Shown here piece by piece: positions 1 to 8,695 of a stretch of DNA of 21,890 nt (position 1 is the first letter of the stretch; every line of letters begins with the position of its first letter). Where the stretch lies: positions 1 to 21,890 of the forward strand of contig JAOUEV010000055.1 of the NCBI GenBank assembly GCA_029858565.1, in the 5' to 3' direction. Position numbers and translations under genes: made by a program. Below the pieces are notes generated by a model. That model made no database searches and was not told the origin of the DNA. It saw only the letters and a list, made by a program, of their open reading frames with translations. This stretch comes from Nitrospirota bacterium. Lineage in GTDB: Bacteria > Nitrospirota > UBA9217.

Positions 1-1790
1 ATCATCTGTGGGTCCTTACCAGGCTCTACGCGTATTATTTTGCTGTGTTCTGAGTTAAGGTTGATGTATATCGTGTCCCGCTGCCGATCCGTGTGTATCC
101 AGCTCATCATGTCCACTAGCGCCCCCTGTAACGTGCAGAAGTTTGTCAAATGCTCCCATACCAGATTTCCCGGCTTCTCCAATCGCGTCAGTCGGGTCAT
201 CTGTGCCATCAGAGCATTAAACTCGTTGTTATTACCGATCTCGTATTGTCGTCGGTTGTAGAACAGGAATACTTTACCCTCGCGCGTCTTGAAAAACTTC
301 GCTCCGGCTCCATTGTTGAACCACTTAAAGATCGTGTCCGCCAGATAATACCCATCAGCCTTTTTAATGCCCTCTTCCGACCGGTATATCTCCTTCAGAT
401 GTCCGTGCAGATCTGAGGATTTGTTCACCCGATCCTCGATCGCGCTGACCGATATCCCGATGCACTTAGCCGCCAGGTCGATCAGGATCTCCTTCTCCGC
501 CATGCCAACGACCCGGTTGATCGCCTTGCCGAGCTCCCGCTTGTCGAACAGCGACAGCCGCTCGGCCGCACCACCCTCCTCCTGCTCCAGCTGACGCAAC
601 TCCCAAGTCAGCGGATCCACCGCCTTTGCCATCAGTCCCCGGATAACGGACTTGACCTCGGCCGCCGTCTTTCCTTCGGCAAACAGACCCTGTATGAACT
701 CGTCCGGATCCTTCCGGAATTCAGCGGTGCCGGCTGCGCCGGATGGATGGATTATAATGCGGACATTTACGTCCTCGCCGGACAGGCCTTTGTAGAGCGT
801 GCGGATGTGCGAGGCCCCTCCCTTGCCCCTGACCCGATCCGCGTCCGTCTTGAAGCCCGTCTGCGCGTCCAAGTCGAACCATAGGAACAGCGTCTGATTG
901 GAGTAATGATTGGATAAAAGCGTGATCTGCTCTTTGGAGGGCTGGCCCGCCGTGCCCAGGACCCCTGCGATCCCGGCATCGATAACCGAAGCCACGTCGT
1001 TCTCGCCCTCATCGACGATCGTGTCGTGATACGCACCCAGGGCCGAATGGTTGATGAACCATTCCTTTTTCGAGCCCTTCAGCTGCGTGTTCTTCATCTC
1101 CTTGGCAGGATCTTTAGCGGTAAATGACTTGATGGTACCGGCATGGTCAACGACAGGGAAAATGGCAACCCCGGCCCTCCAGAATGAATCCCGAAGCGGG
1201 ATCGGTTCATCCTTCGAGTTCCGGTCGACGCCGAGGCCTGAGCTGATGATCTGATCTTCCGTGAACCCCTGCTCCTTCAGGAATGCCGTGATCTTAGCAT
1301 CGCTACAACCCACCCGGAGTTTCAGGAGCGTGTTGTACGCATGACCGCGGCCGAGCAACTTGCCGGCGTCGTCTCTCCGGTATGGCCCGCAGAACCATGC
1401 CCTCGCCGGAGAGTCCTCGGGTAACGCTGCTTGATGAAACCTCTCGGCCGCCAGGCGATAGATCTTCTCAGCTGTGCTCTCGGTCCGCTCCCTAGCCTTC
1501 TTGACCTCCGGCTTCTTCTCGAGCTCGATACCAGCTATCGCCGCAGCCCGGATCAGGGCATCACCCTTACTGGTGAGGTTGTGGTATTTTTCTAGGAAGG
1601 TGAACACGTCCCCATGCTCGGGACACTGCCAACAATGATATCCTTGTTTTTCCTCGAGGATGGAGAAGCACTCATGGCCACCACAGAAAGGACATTGCTC
1701 CAGGTGCTTCCCTTTCATGGATAAGCCGGTTTCGTTCTTGATAACGGTAAGTATGTTTAGAGCTGCTTTTACTCGTTCGAAATCAGGCAA
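1..1790 (-). CDS. Mobile-element DnaG-type primase with long C-terminal extension (probable primase-helicase fusion); 3' end outside window
   Basis: Translated by hand: stop-free frame from TTG at 1790 (AAGGA upstream) to base 1, about 596 codons. MPDFERVKAALNILTVI...; Zn finger CPFC-x16-CWQC; Toprim motifs DEGEND, WFDLD, KDPDEF. Missing from the ORF track, presumably because no stop lies in the window. Confidence 0.85.
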   Translation of the reverse strand, partial: MPDFERVKAALNILTVIKNETGLSMKGKHLEQCPFCGGHECFSILEEKQGYHCWQCPEHGDVFTFLEKYHNLTSKGDALIRAAAIAGIELEKKPEVKKARERTESTAEKIYRLAAERFHQAALPEDSPARAWFCGPYRRDDAGKLLGRGHAYNTLLKLRVGCSDAKITAFLKEQGFTEDQIISSGLGVDRNSKDEPIPLRDSFWRAGVAIFPVVDHAGTIKSFTAKDPAKEMKNTQLKGSKKEWFINHSALGAYHDTIVDEGENDVASVIDAGIAGVLGTAGQPSKEQITLLSNHYSNQTLFLWFDLDAQTGFKTDADRVRGKGGASHIRTLYKGLSGEDVNVRIIIHPSGAAGTAEFRKDPDEFIQGLFAEGKTAAEVKSVIRGLMAKAVDPLTWELRQLEQEEGGAAERLSLFDKRELGKAINRVVGMAEKEILIDLAAKCIGISVSAIEDRVNKSSDLHGHLKEIYRSEEGIKKADGYYLADTIFKWFNNGAGAKFFKTREGKVFLFYNRRQYEIGNNNEFNALMAQMTRLTRLEKPGNLVWEHLTNFCTLQGALVDMMSWIHTDRQRDTIYINLNSEHSKIIRVEPGKDPQM

Positions 1791-1927
1791 TGGAGATCCT
1801 TAATGACCTACAAGATTGAACTCCAAAACAGGCGCACCCGTCGCGGCAAGGCCGCGATGGGTGATAATGAGTGCTTATTTGTTGAGTGGAAAAGAGAACA
1901 GATGGGAAGGTCTACCAACGGAGTCTT

Positions 1928-1946
1928 TGTGCACCTTCTGTGCACC
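1928..1946 (+). repeat. Direct repeat TGTGCACC x2 (11-bp period), putative integrase arm-type sites
   Basis: TGTGCACC at 1928-1935 and 1939-1946, about 90 bp inside the att core. Confidence 0.5.
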
Positions 1947-1961
1947 ATCGTCAAGAAAGGC

Positions 1962-1990
1962 TTGACAATGCTAACCCTTTGATTTACTAT
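1962..1990 (+). promoter_or_regulatory. Sigma70-type promoter pointing out of the element toward tRNA-Cys
   Basis: TTGACA (1962-1967), 17-nt spacer, TACTAT (1985-1990). Confidence 0.65.
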
Positions 1991-2036
1991 CAGACCCAAC
2001 CTTTAGCGGGGTGGAAATACCAGGTACCGGGACGGT

Positions 2037-2059
2037 TTCGAGTCCCGCCACCCGCTCCA
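2037..2059 (+). other. att site: 3' fragment of tRNA-Gly (T loop, 3' acceptor strand, discriminator U, CCA)
   Basis: TTCGAGT CCCGC CACCCGC T CCA. No D or anticodon arm upstream. The acceptor strand is complementary to the GCGGGTG start typical of tRNA-Gly, and it sits upstream of tRNA-Cys as in common Gly-Cys tRNA clusters. Confidence 0.75.
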
Positions 2060-2070
2060 TTGTTTCCCCG

Positions 2071-2131
2071 AAAAAGTTAAAGGTTAAAAGTTCCGGCTCC
2101 TCGGTGACAAACTTTTAATTTTTAGCTTTTT
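2071..2131 (+). repeat. AT-rich imperfect inverted repeat (RNA hairpin) in the tRNA spacer
   Basis: AAAAAGTTAAAGGTTAAAAGTT ... AACTTTTAATTTTTAGCTTTTT; the three non-Watson-Crick positions are all G-U pairs on the + strand. Confidence 0.6.
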
Positions 2132-2142
2132 TTGTTTTTCCG

Positions 2143-2218
2143 GGCGGCGTAGCCAAGTGGCTAAGGCAGAGGTCTGCAAAACCTTCATTCATCGGTTCAA
2201 ATCCGATCGCCGCCTCCA
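2143..2218 (+). tRNA. tRNA-Cys (GCA)
   Basis: Full cloverleaf: acceptor GGCGGCG/CGCCGCC, anticodon arm GAGGT-CTGCAAA-ACCTT (GCA at 2176-2178), T arm ATCGG-TTCAAAT-CCGAT, discriminator U, encoded CCA. Confidence 0.97.
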
Positions 2219-2369
2219 TTTAACTATCACATAACCAGAGATCAGCACAGATAATTACCGGATCGGATGTTCCTCTTCATGATCCGTCAGTATTTCCTCC
2301 CTGCACTCGATCTGTGCTCGTTTTTGTTCATCTTTAGGTCCATTTTTTCTTCATCCGGTTCTCATAACT

Positions 2370-5300
2370 ATGCCCCATTCCCAGTTCGTTCACCTTCATC
2401 TGCATACTGAATACAGTCTCCTGGACGGAGCCATCAGCGTCGACAACCTCGTTAAGAAGGCTGTTGAGCTCAAGATGCCGGCTGTTGCGGTGACGGACCA
2501 CGGAAACCTCTTCTCGGTCATTGATTTCTACCAAAAAGCGCTCAAAGCCGGAGTAAAGCCGATCATCGGCTGCGAGATCTATGTCGCACCGGGATCGCGT
2601 TTTGAGAAGGCCATGCCGGGCGGACGTCATGACGAGGAATTCTACCATCTCATCCTGCTTGCCCGGAACAAACAGGGCTATAAGAACCTGGTGAAGCTGG
2701 TCACCTCTGCATTTCTCGAAGGATTCTACTACAAACCACGGATCGACAAGGAACTTCTCCAGAAGCACCGTGAAGGGCTGATCGGACTCTCCGCCTGCCT
2801 TGGCGGCGAGATCCCCTCGCTCCTGCTCCAGAACCGATATGAAGAGGCAAAGAAGGCCGCTCTCCAGTATCAGAGCATCCTCGGACAGGAGAATTTCTAC
2901 TTTGAGCTTCAGGACAACGGCATCCCCGAGCAGGAACAGGCAAACCGCGAGCTGCTCAAACTGAGCCAGGAGACAGGTATCCCGGTCGTTGCGACCAACG
3001 ATTGCCATTACCTGGACATGGAGGACCACAAGGCCCACGATGCCCTGCTCTGCATTCAGACAGGAAAAATGGTCAAGGATGCCAACCGGATGAAGTTCTC
3101 CTCAGAGACCTTCTATATGAAGACCCCCGAGGAGATGAAGAAGGCATTTTCTTACGTTCCGGAAGCAATAACGAATACTATCCGGATAGCTGAACGGTGC
3201 AACGTCGAGCTTGAACTCGGCAAGTATCATCTGCCCCACTTCCCCGTGCCCGACGGGTACACCCTCAATTCATATATGGCCGAACTGGCACGGAAAGGTC
3301 TGGACGAGCGCTTTATCGAGATCGAAACTGTTCGCGGCGCGGGCACTGTCGACCGCGAATCGTACCGAAAACGGCTGGAGTCCGAGATCCAGATGATAGA
3401 GAAGATGGGTTTCTCTGGATATTTCCTGATCGTGGCGGACTTCATCAGATACGGAAAAGAGCACGGCATCCCTGTGGGCCCTGGCCGCGGCTCCGCTGCC
3501 GGCAGCCTTGCCGCCTACTGCCTCAGGATCACGGACCTCGATCCCATCCCCTACAACCTGCTGTTCGAGCGGTTCTTGAACCCAGAACGCATCAGCATGC
3601 CTGATATAGACGTGGACTTCTGCCAATACCGGCGAGATGAAGTGATAAAATACGTCACCGAAAAGTATGGAGCCGATCATGTTACCCAGATCATCACCTA
3701 CGGCACCATGCTGGCAAAGGGAGTGATACGCGACGTCGGCCGGGTCCTGGACATCCCCTACGCGGAGTGCGACCGTGTTGCGAAACTCGTGCCGAACAAG
3801 CTGAATATCACGCTCAAGGAGGCCATGGAGCAGGAGCCCAAGCTCAAGGAAGCGGCCAAGAAGGACCCCCGCATCGCCGAGCTGATGGAGATCGCGCTGT
3901 CGCTCGAAGGCCAGGTTCGCCATGCCTCGAAGCATGCCGCCGGTGTGGTCATTTCACAGGAACCGTTGACCGAATACGTTCCCCTTTTCAAGACGCCGAA
4001 GGACGAGATCACGACCCAGTTCGACATGAAAGCGGTCGAGAAGATCGGCCTTGTCAAGTTCGACTTTCTGGGACTCCGCAACCTGACGGTGATCCGCAAA
4101 GCCGAGGACACGATCAATGATCGGCTCCAGAAGGCGCCGCTTGAGCATGCGGACCCTTTTTCGGTCAGCAGGCTCAGGCTTGATGATCCGAAGACCTACG
4201 AACTGCTTGGACGCGGCGAAACCGCCGGCATCTTCCAGCTTGAATCTGCCGGCATGCGGGACATCATCATCAAGATGAAACCCCAGACCTTCGAAGACCT
4301 TATCGCCATCCTCGCGCTCTACCGGCCCGGCCCTATCCAGAGCGGCATGGTGGACGATTTCATCAAGCGGAAAAAAGGCCAGACCAAGATAACCTATGAG
4401 CTTCCCCAGTTGGAGCCCATCCTTAAGGATACTTACGGCGTCATTGTGTACCAGGAGCAGGTGATGCAGATCTCCCGCACCCTGGCGGGCTATTCCCTGG
4501 GCGGCGCGGACCTCCTGAGGCGCGCTATGGGGAAAAAAGATCCCGAGGTCATGAAGAAGGAGAAGGTCCCCTTCCTGGAAGGCGCAAAAAAGCAGGGCAT
4601 TGACCTGAAAAAGGCCGAGGCGATCTTCGACCTCATGGCCAAGTTCGCGGAATACGGCTTTAACAAGTCCCACAGCGCGGCCTACGCCCTGATCACCTAC
4701 CAGACCGCCTATCTCAAGGCACACTACCCTGTGGAATACATGTCAGCGCTGCTCACGAGCGAAGTCGAGGACACGGACAAGGTGGTGAAATACATCTACG
4801 AGGCCCGGCAGATGGGCATAACGATCCTCCCGCCTGACGCGAACGAGAGCCGCTGGGACTTCACGGTCATGGAAGCACATGACCGTGAGACCGTTGAGCC
4901 GGGCAGCACCATCGGGTCCATACGCTTCGGCCTTGCGGCGGTCAAGAATATCGGCATCTCGGCCATCGAGGCAATGATCGAGGCTCGTGAATCAAAAGGT
5001 CCATTCTCCTCCCTTGCCGATTTCTGCCGAAAAGTGGACCAGCGCAGGGTGAACCGCCGGGTCATCGAGGCGCTCATCAAGTGCGGCGCCCTTGACAGCA
5101 CCGGCGCCCGCCGCGCCCAGATGATGGAAGGTATCGACATGATGCTGGACCAGGCCTCCCGGCATCAGGAGCAGGAAGCCATAGGCCAGTTCAGCATTTT
5201 CGACTCCATCGACGATAACAAGGACCCGGAACTACCCAATGTTCCCGAATGGAAGGAAAGTCAGCTGCTTGCCTATGAAAAGGAAAGCGTGGGGTTCTAC

Positions 5301-5888
5301 ATTTCCGGACATCCGCTTGCGGCTTATGAGAACGAGCTCAAACGGTATGTAACCGCGACGATCGATAACCTCGACCAGTTTTCCGATCAAAAGGAGGTGA
5401 TCGTCTGCGGGATCATCGCCAGCCTGAAGCCAAAGCTGACCAAGAAGAACGACAAAATGGCCATCATGAACCTTGAGGACCTTTCGGGCACTATCGAGGT
5501 CATCGTGTTCCCGGAATTGTACAAGAACTCCCAGCATTTGCTCGTAACCGACGCACCGCTCATCGTGCGTGGAACCCTTGACAAGAGCGAGCAGGGGAAC
5601 AAGATCAAGGCCATGTCCCTCAGCCTTCTGACCGAGGTCAAGAAGAACAGGACATCGCGAATGGACATCCGGTTGAATGCGACCGGCCTTACCCGCGATG
5701 ATCTCCTGAAGATCAAGGAGATCCTTTTGCGGTCTAAAGGGGACATCCCGGTCTATCTCCGTTTGCAGAATCCATCCCGCAATGAGTCCCTCATATCCGT
5801 GGGCAGAGATATCCGTGTCACGCCGACGGACCAGCTTATCGCGGACATCGAATCCCTTATCGGTTCAGGGAGCGTGTCACTGTCGTAG
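2370..5888 (+). CDS. dnaE: DNA polymerase III alpha subunit
   Basis: 1172 aa; PHP domain FVHLHLHTEYSLLDG, GPGRGSAAGS, catalytic SMPDIDVDF, KFDFLGL, FNKSHS, clamp-binding-like QFSIF, C-terminal OB fold. Confidence 0.98.
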   Translation: MPHSQFVHLHLHTEYSLLDGAISVDNLVKKAVELKMPAVAVTDHGNLFSVIDFYQKALKAGVKPIIGCEIYVAPGSRFEKAMPGGRHDEEFYHLILLARNKQGYKNLVKLVTSAFLEGFYYKPRIDKELLQKHREGLIGLSACLGGEIPSLLLQNRYEEAKKAALQYQSILGQENFYFELQDNGIPEQEQANRELLKLSQETGIPVVATNDCHYLDMEDHKAHDALLCIQTGKMVKDANRMKFSSETFYMKTPEEMKKAFSYVPEAITNTIRIAERCNVELELGKYHLPHFPVPDGYTLNSYMAELARKGLDERFIEIETVRGAGTVDRESYRKRLESEIQMIEKMGFSGYFLIVADFIRYGKEHGIPVGPGRGSAAGSLAAYCLRITDLDPIPYNLLFERFLNPERISMPDIDVDFCQYRRDEVIKYVTEKYGADHVTQIITYGTMLAKGVIRDVGRVLDIPYAECDRVAKLVPNKLNITLKEAMEQEPKLKEAAKKDPRIAELMEIALSLEGQVRHASKHAAGVVISQEPLTEYVPLFKTPKDEITTQFDMKAVEKIGLVKFDFLGLRNLTVIRKAEDTINDRLQKAPLEHADPFSVSRLRLDDPKTYELLGRGETAGIFQLESAGMRDIIIKMKPQTFEDLIAILALYRPGPIQSGMVDDFIKRKKGQTKITYELPQLEPILKDTYGVIVYQEQVMQISRTLAGYSLGGADLLRRAMGKKDPEVMKKEKVPFLEGAKKQGIDLKKAEAIFDLMAKFAEYGFNKSHSAAYALITYQTAYLKAHYPVEYMSALLTSEVEDTDKVVKYIYEARQMGITILPPDANESRWDFTVMEAHDRETVEPGSTIGSIRFGLAAVKNIGISAIEAMIEARESKGPFSSLADFCRKVDQRRVNRRVIEALIKCGALDSTGARRAQMMEGIDMMLDQASRHQEQEAIGQFSIFDSIDDNKDPELPNVPEWKESQLLAYEKESVGFYISGHPLAAYENELKRYVTATIDNLDQFSDQKEVIVCGIIASLKPKLTKKNDKMAIMNLEDLSGTIEVIVFPELYKNSQHLLVTDAPLIVRGTLDKSEQGNKIKAMSLSLLTEVKKNRTSRMDIRLNATGLTRDDLLKIKEILLRSKGDIPVYLRLQNPSRNESLISVGRDIRVTPTDQLIADIESLIGSGSVSLS

Positions 5889-5935
5889 CAGTACCGCGCG
5901 ATTCACCTGCCTTCCCTGCACATCTCCTATTGTTA

Positions 5936-5965
5936 TTGACAGCCTGCAACTGATTACTTTATAAT
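5936..5965 (+). promoter_or_regulatory. Consensus sigma70 promoter for the 6042 gene
   Basis: TTGACA (5936-5941), 18-nt spacer, TATAAT (5960-5965) in an intergenic region. Confidence 0.7.
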
Positions 5966-6041
5966 CTTTCCAATCCTGGTAAGCTGCGATGAAGGCTGTT
6001 CAATTTCCGTTCTATCAACGCCTCCATCCCGAGGTCAGTCC

Positions 6042-7010
6042 GTGGTTCACTTACTGCTCCTACTCATTACCTGCATGTCCTTGTCTTGCGCTCCAGGCTC
6101 TCTTGCCCAGCGAGTAGACCTATCCAGGGAGGAACAGAAACATGCGCGTTCGATCTTTTTTGAGATCGACAGCAGGAACCGCACAATAAAGAAGACCGAT
6201 GCATGGCTGACCAAAGCCTATGCGTCCCCCGGCATCAAGAAACTGAACGATATTGCGCCTGCATCCTATGATGACTATCGCTCCGCCGTTGTCAATGGCG
6301 AGGTCGTTATCATCGTTCATCCCGGGTATTTCCCCTTTTTTGACCAGTGGAGCGTACCAGTCATTGAAACGGATTATGCCAAGGGCTATCCAAAACGTAA
6401 TCTCGTAGAGCGCCTTGGTGACACACTTGATCCGGCGAATACCCCTTACCTGCTGCTGCGGGAGCAGGAAAAACTGACCAGGGACCTGATAGAATATCTG
6501 TCCCTGGAGCAGCGGCTTGTCATCCTGATTCTGCCCCGAAATTACCAGGACCATCTAACTTACGGCTACAGGCGGGGATTTGATGAATATGCCAGATATA
6601 TCAGTGAGTTGACGAATCACAGTTCTTATATCCTGTTCTTGGAGTCGGACACCTATAGAAGCGGCTTTCTTCTTGAGAAGGACCTTGATATGCTTGCAGG
6701 ATTCATGGAATGGATAGGCGCGCGTTCCATTCTTTTAGGCGGCGGTTTCTTCGGAAAATGCCTGAGTCATTGCTACATTTCGCTCCGATCCCGCTATTCC
6801 CATGAACAGATCAACGTGGTGCCGGAAATCACCATGCCCCCACCGAACGGGAAGACCATTGAACAGGCAATACTTCTTGATAAGGCAGGAAGATTATCGC
6901 GGCGGGGTATATGGGATTTCTTTCAGAGGACATCCTATCGATCGACAAACAACGAACGATTTCACTTGAAGCCACTAACCTGGTATCGTTATCCTACCAT
7001 AGCAAGATGA
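6042..7010 (+). CDS. Hypothetical exported protein / possible lipoprotein
   Basis: 322-aa ORF filling the gap after dnaE, with its own promoter; hydrophobic N-terminus ending in a lipobox-like SLSC. Confidence 0.75.
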   Translation: MVHLLLLLITCMSLSCAPGSLAQRVDLSREEQKHARSIFFEIDSRNRTIKKTDAWLTKAYASPGIKKLNDIAPASYDDYRSAVVNGEVVIIVHPGYFPFFDQWSVPVIETDYAKGYPKRNLVERLGDTLDPANTPYLLLREQEKLTRDLIEYLSLEQRLVILILPRNYQDHLTYGYRRGFDEYARYISELTNHSSYILFLESDTYRSGFLLEKDLDMLAGFMEWIGARSILLGGGFFGKCLSHCYISLRSRYSHEQINVVPEITMPPPNGKTIEQAILLDKAGRLSRRGIWDFFQRTSYRSTNNERFHLKPLTWYRYPTIAR

Positions 7011-7221
7011 GACCAATATCCAGGACAGCGTCAATGCAACTTAAGATAAAGATGACATATACACCACGATCCATTTGATTATCCGGTCATAATTGCAACT
7101 TGCAGATATACTTTAACTATCCACAGGGCTCCTCTTTCTGCTGCCTGGGTTCTTTGCTGGTATATTCTCCACCAGAGCGAAACCCCGCACCTTGATCCAT
7201 ACAATCGGCACCAAGCTATTC

Positions 7222-7250
7222 TTGACGCAACAGCAATTTGTAGCTATATT
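7222..7250 (+). promoter_or_regulatory. Sigma70-type promoter, leaderless configuration
   Basis: TTGACG, 17-nt spacer, TATATT, then 7 nt to ATG 7258. Confidence 0.55.
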
Positions 7251-7257
7251 CAATGAG

Positions 7258-7629
7258 ATGGCAGATAAATTTCAGGACCTGGAACATTTCGACCAAGCTG
7301 ACATCGAAGCGGCGATAATTCGGAACGCCCCTGATGAAATATCCTTTGTTCCCCTGATCGTCGCGCTTTCATCTTCTGATCAGCATCTTGCCATGACCGT
7401 GTGCGCCGGACTTGCTACCCATGGAGATCCCCAGGTCCGCGGCAATGCGGTCATGTCACTTGGACATATTGCCCGCCGGTTCCGCCAACTTGACGAAAGC
7501 CTGGTCAAACCGATCATTGAGCGGGCGCTGCAGGACCAGGACGACCAGGTGAGGATCCTGGCAAAATCAGCCGCTGATGAGATCCATCAATTCCTGCACT
7601 GGACTATCAGCGGACACAGTTACACTTGA
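7258..7629 (+). CDS. Small HEAT-repeat protein
   Basis: HEAT/PBS-lyase-like units DPQVRGNAVMSLGHI and DDQVRILAKSAADEI. Start moved from 7192 to ATG 7258 because the extension contains the promoter. Confidence 0.75.
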   Translation: MADKFQDLEHFDQADIEAAIIRNAPDEISFVPLIVALSSSDQHLAMTVCAGLATHGDPQVRGNAVMSLGHIARRFRQLDESLVKPIIERALQDQDDQVRILAKSAADEIHQFLHWTISGHSYT

Positions 7630-7717
7630 TCTTTTGTCCCAACCGGCTGGTTTCTGTTGTATTCCCCCGGTGGCTGAGTGATAATGGCGACCAGTTTGAA
7701 CAACGGTTATTCAAATC

Positions 7718-8647
7718 ATGGCTAAGCATAAGATACTTGTGATCGAAGACAATAAGACCCAGGCAAACATCGTGAAGGACAATCTCACGAAGAATGGCTA
7801 CGATGTGCTTCTTGCCGTCGATGGAATTTCCGGTTTCAAACAGGCCAAGACCGAACGTCCGGACCTTGTCCTGCTGGACCGGGTCCTTCCCGACATGGAC
7901 GGGAACGAGGTCTGCCGGTGGATGAAACTCGACCCTTCCACACGGGACATTCCCGTGATCATGCTCACCGCGCGCAGCACTTCCTCGGACAAGGTGGCGG
8001 GGCTCGAAGCGGGAGCTGATGATTACCTTCCCAAGCCATTTGATGAGACAGAACTGATCGCGCGCATTTCCGTGCGTCTCCGTTCCAAGAGCCAGCAGGA
8101 CGAGCTCAAGAAGAAGAACCGCCAGTTGGAGGACATGCTGTCGCAGGTTGAGAACCTGGCCGTCATGGACCCCCTCACCGGTCTCTTCAACCGCCGCAGG
8201 TTCGAGACCATCCTGGGCAATGAGTTCCGAAGATCGGTGCGGTACCACAGCCCGCTCAGCCTTCTTATGCTCGACATCGATCACTTCAAGATCATTAACG
8301 ACACCTTCGGCCACCAGACCGGGGACGCGGTGCTCAAGGAGTGCGCAAGGCTGTTTCACGATCTGGTACGCCAGGTGGATACCGTGGCCCGCTACGGAGG
8401 AGAAGAGTTCGTCATTCTCAGCCCGAACATCACAAGGGACAGCGCTTTTCAGGCGGCAGATCGCATCAGGAAGGCCATAGAGGCCCATTCCTTCCCCGGG
8501 GTGGAGGGCAGGTCTATAACGATCAGCATCGGCGTGGCCAGCATGCCTGATCCGGCACTGGATAGCGAGGAAAAGTTCATCCACTCGGCCGATATGGCCA
8601 TGTACGAAGCTAAAAAGAAAGGACGAAACCGGGTAGTGTCAGCGTGA
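7718..8647 (+). CDS. Response regulator receiver + diguanylate cyclase (REC-GGDEF, PleD/WspR-like)
   Basis: REC motifs ILVIED, DLVLLD, MLTA, DDYLPKPF; coiled-coil linker; DPLTGLFNRR, DIDHFKIIND, intact GGEEF with RQVD (RxxD) I-site. Confidence 0.95.
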   Translation: MAKHKILVIEDNKTQANIVKDNLTKNGYDVLLAVDGISGFKQAKTERPDLVLLDRVLPDMDGNEVCRWMKLDPSTRDIPVIMLTARSTSSDKVAGLEAGADDYLPKPFDETELIARISVRLRSKSQQDELKKKNRQLEDMLSQVENLAVMDPLTGLFNRRRFETILGNEFRRSVRYHSPLSLLMLDIDHFKIINDTFGHQTGDAVLKECARLFHDLVRQVDTVARYGGEEFVILSPNITRDSAFQAADRIRKAIEAHSFPGVEGRSITISIGVASMPDPALDSEEKFIHSADMAMYEAKKKGRNRVVSA

Positions 8648-8695
8648 CCGAAGCCGGTCCTTGATCCGCTTCACCCGCTCCCCCCGTCAGACCCC

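Larger units (their letters stand above)
1..2059. mobile_element. Right end of an integrative element (prophage/satellite/ICE-like) inserted in a tRNA-Gly gene; continues beyond the left edge
   Basis: Phage-type primase gene, a tRNA 3' fragment with dyad symmetry at 2028-2059 and tandem arm-like repeats at 1928-1946. Core genes start immediately to the right. No integrase is in the window. Confidence 0.75.

Noticed and set aside
40-1254. Short ORFs from the track in the first 1.3 kb
   Set aside because: All overlap the long minus-strand primase frame
2006-2059. Complete tRNA-Gly gene
   Set aside because: Only 54 nt with no D arm or anticodon arm; treated as an att fragment
1808-2080. 63-aa and 64-aa ORFs near att as excisionase or regulator
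   Set aside because: No HTH-like pattern; they overlap the arm repeats, promoter and att core
2244-2328. Long-range inverted repeat AGCACAGAT/ATCTGTGCT before dnaE as riboswitch or terminator
   Set aside because: Only 9 bp with a 57-nt loop and an interrupted U tract; no recognisable RNA family
2370-5888. Intein or split in dnaE
   Set aside because: Length is normal at 1172 aa and no intein-sized insertion is visible, only short loops
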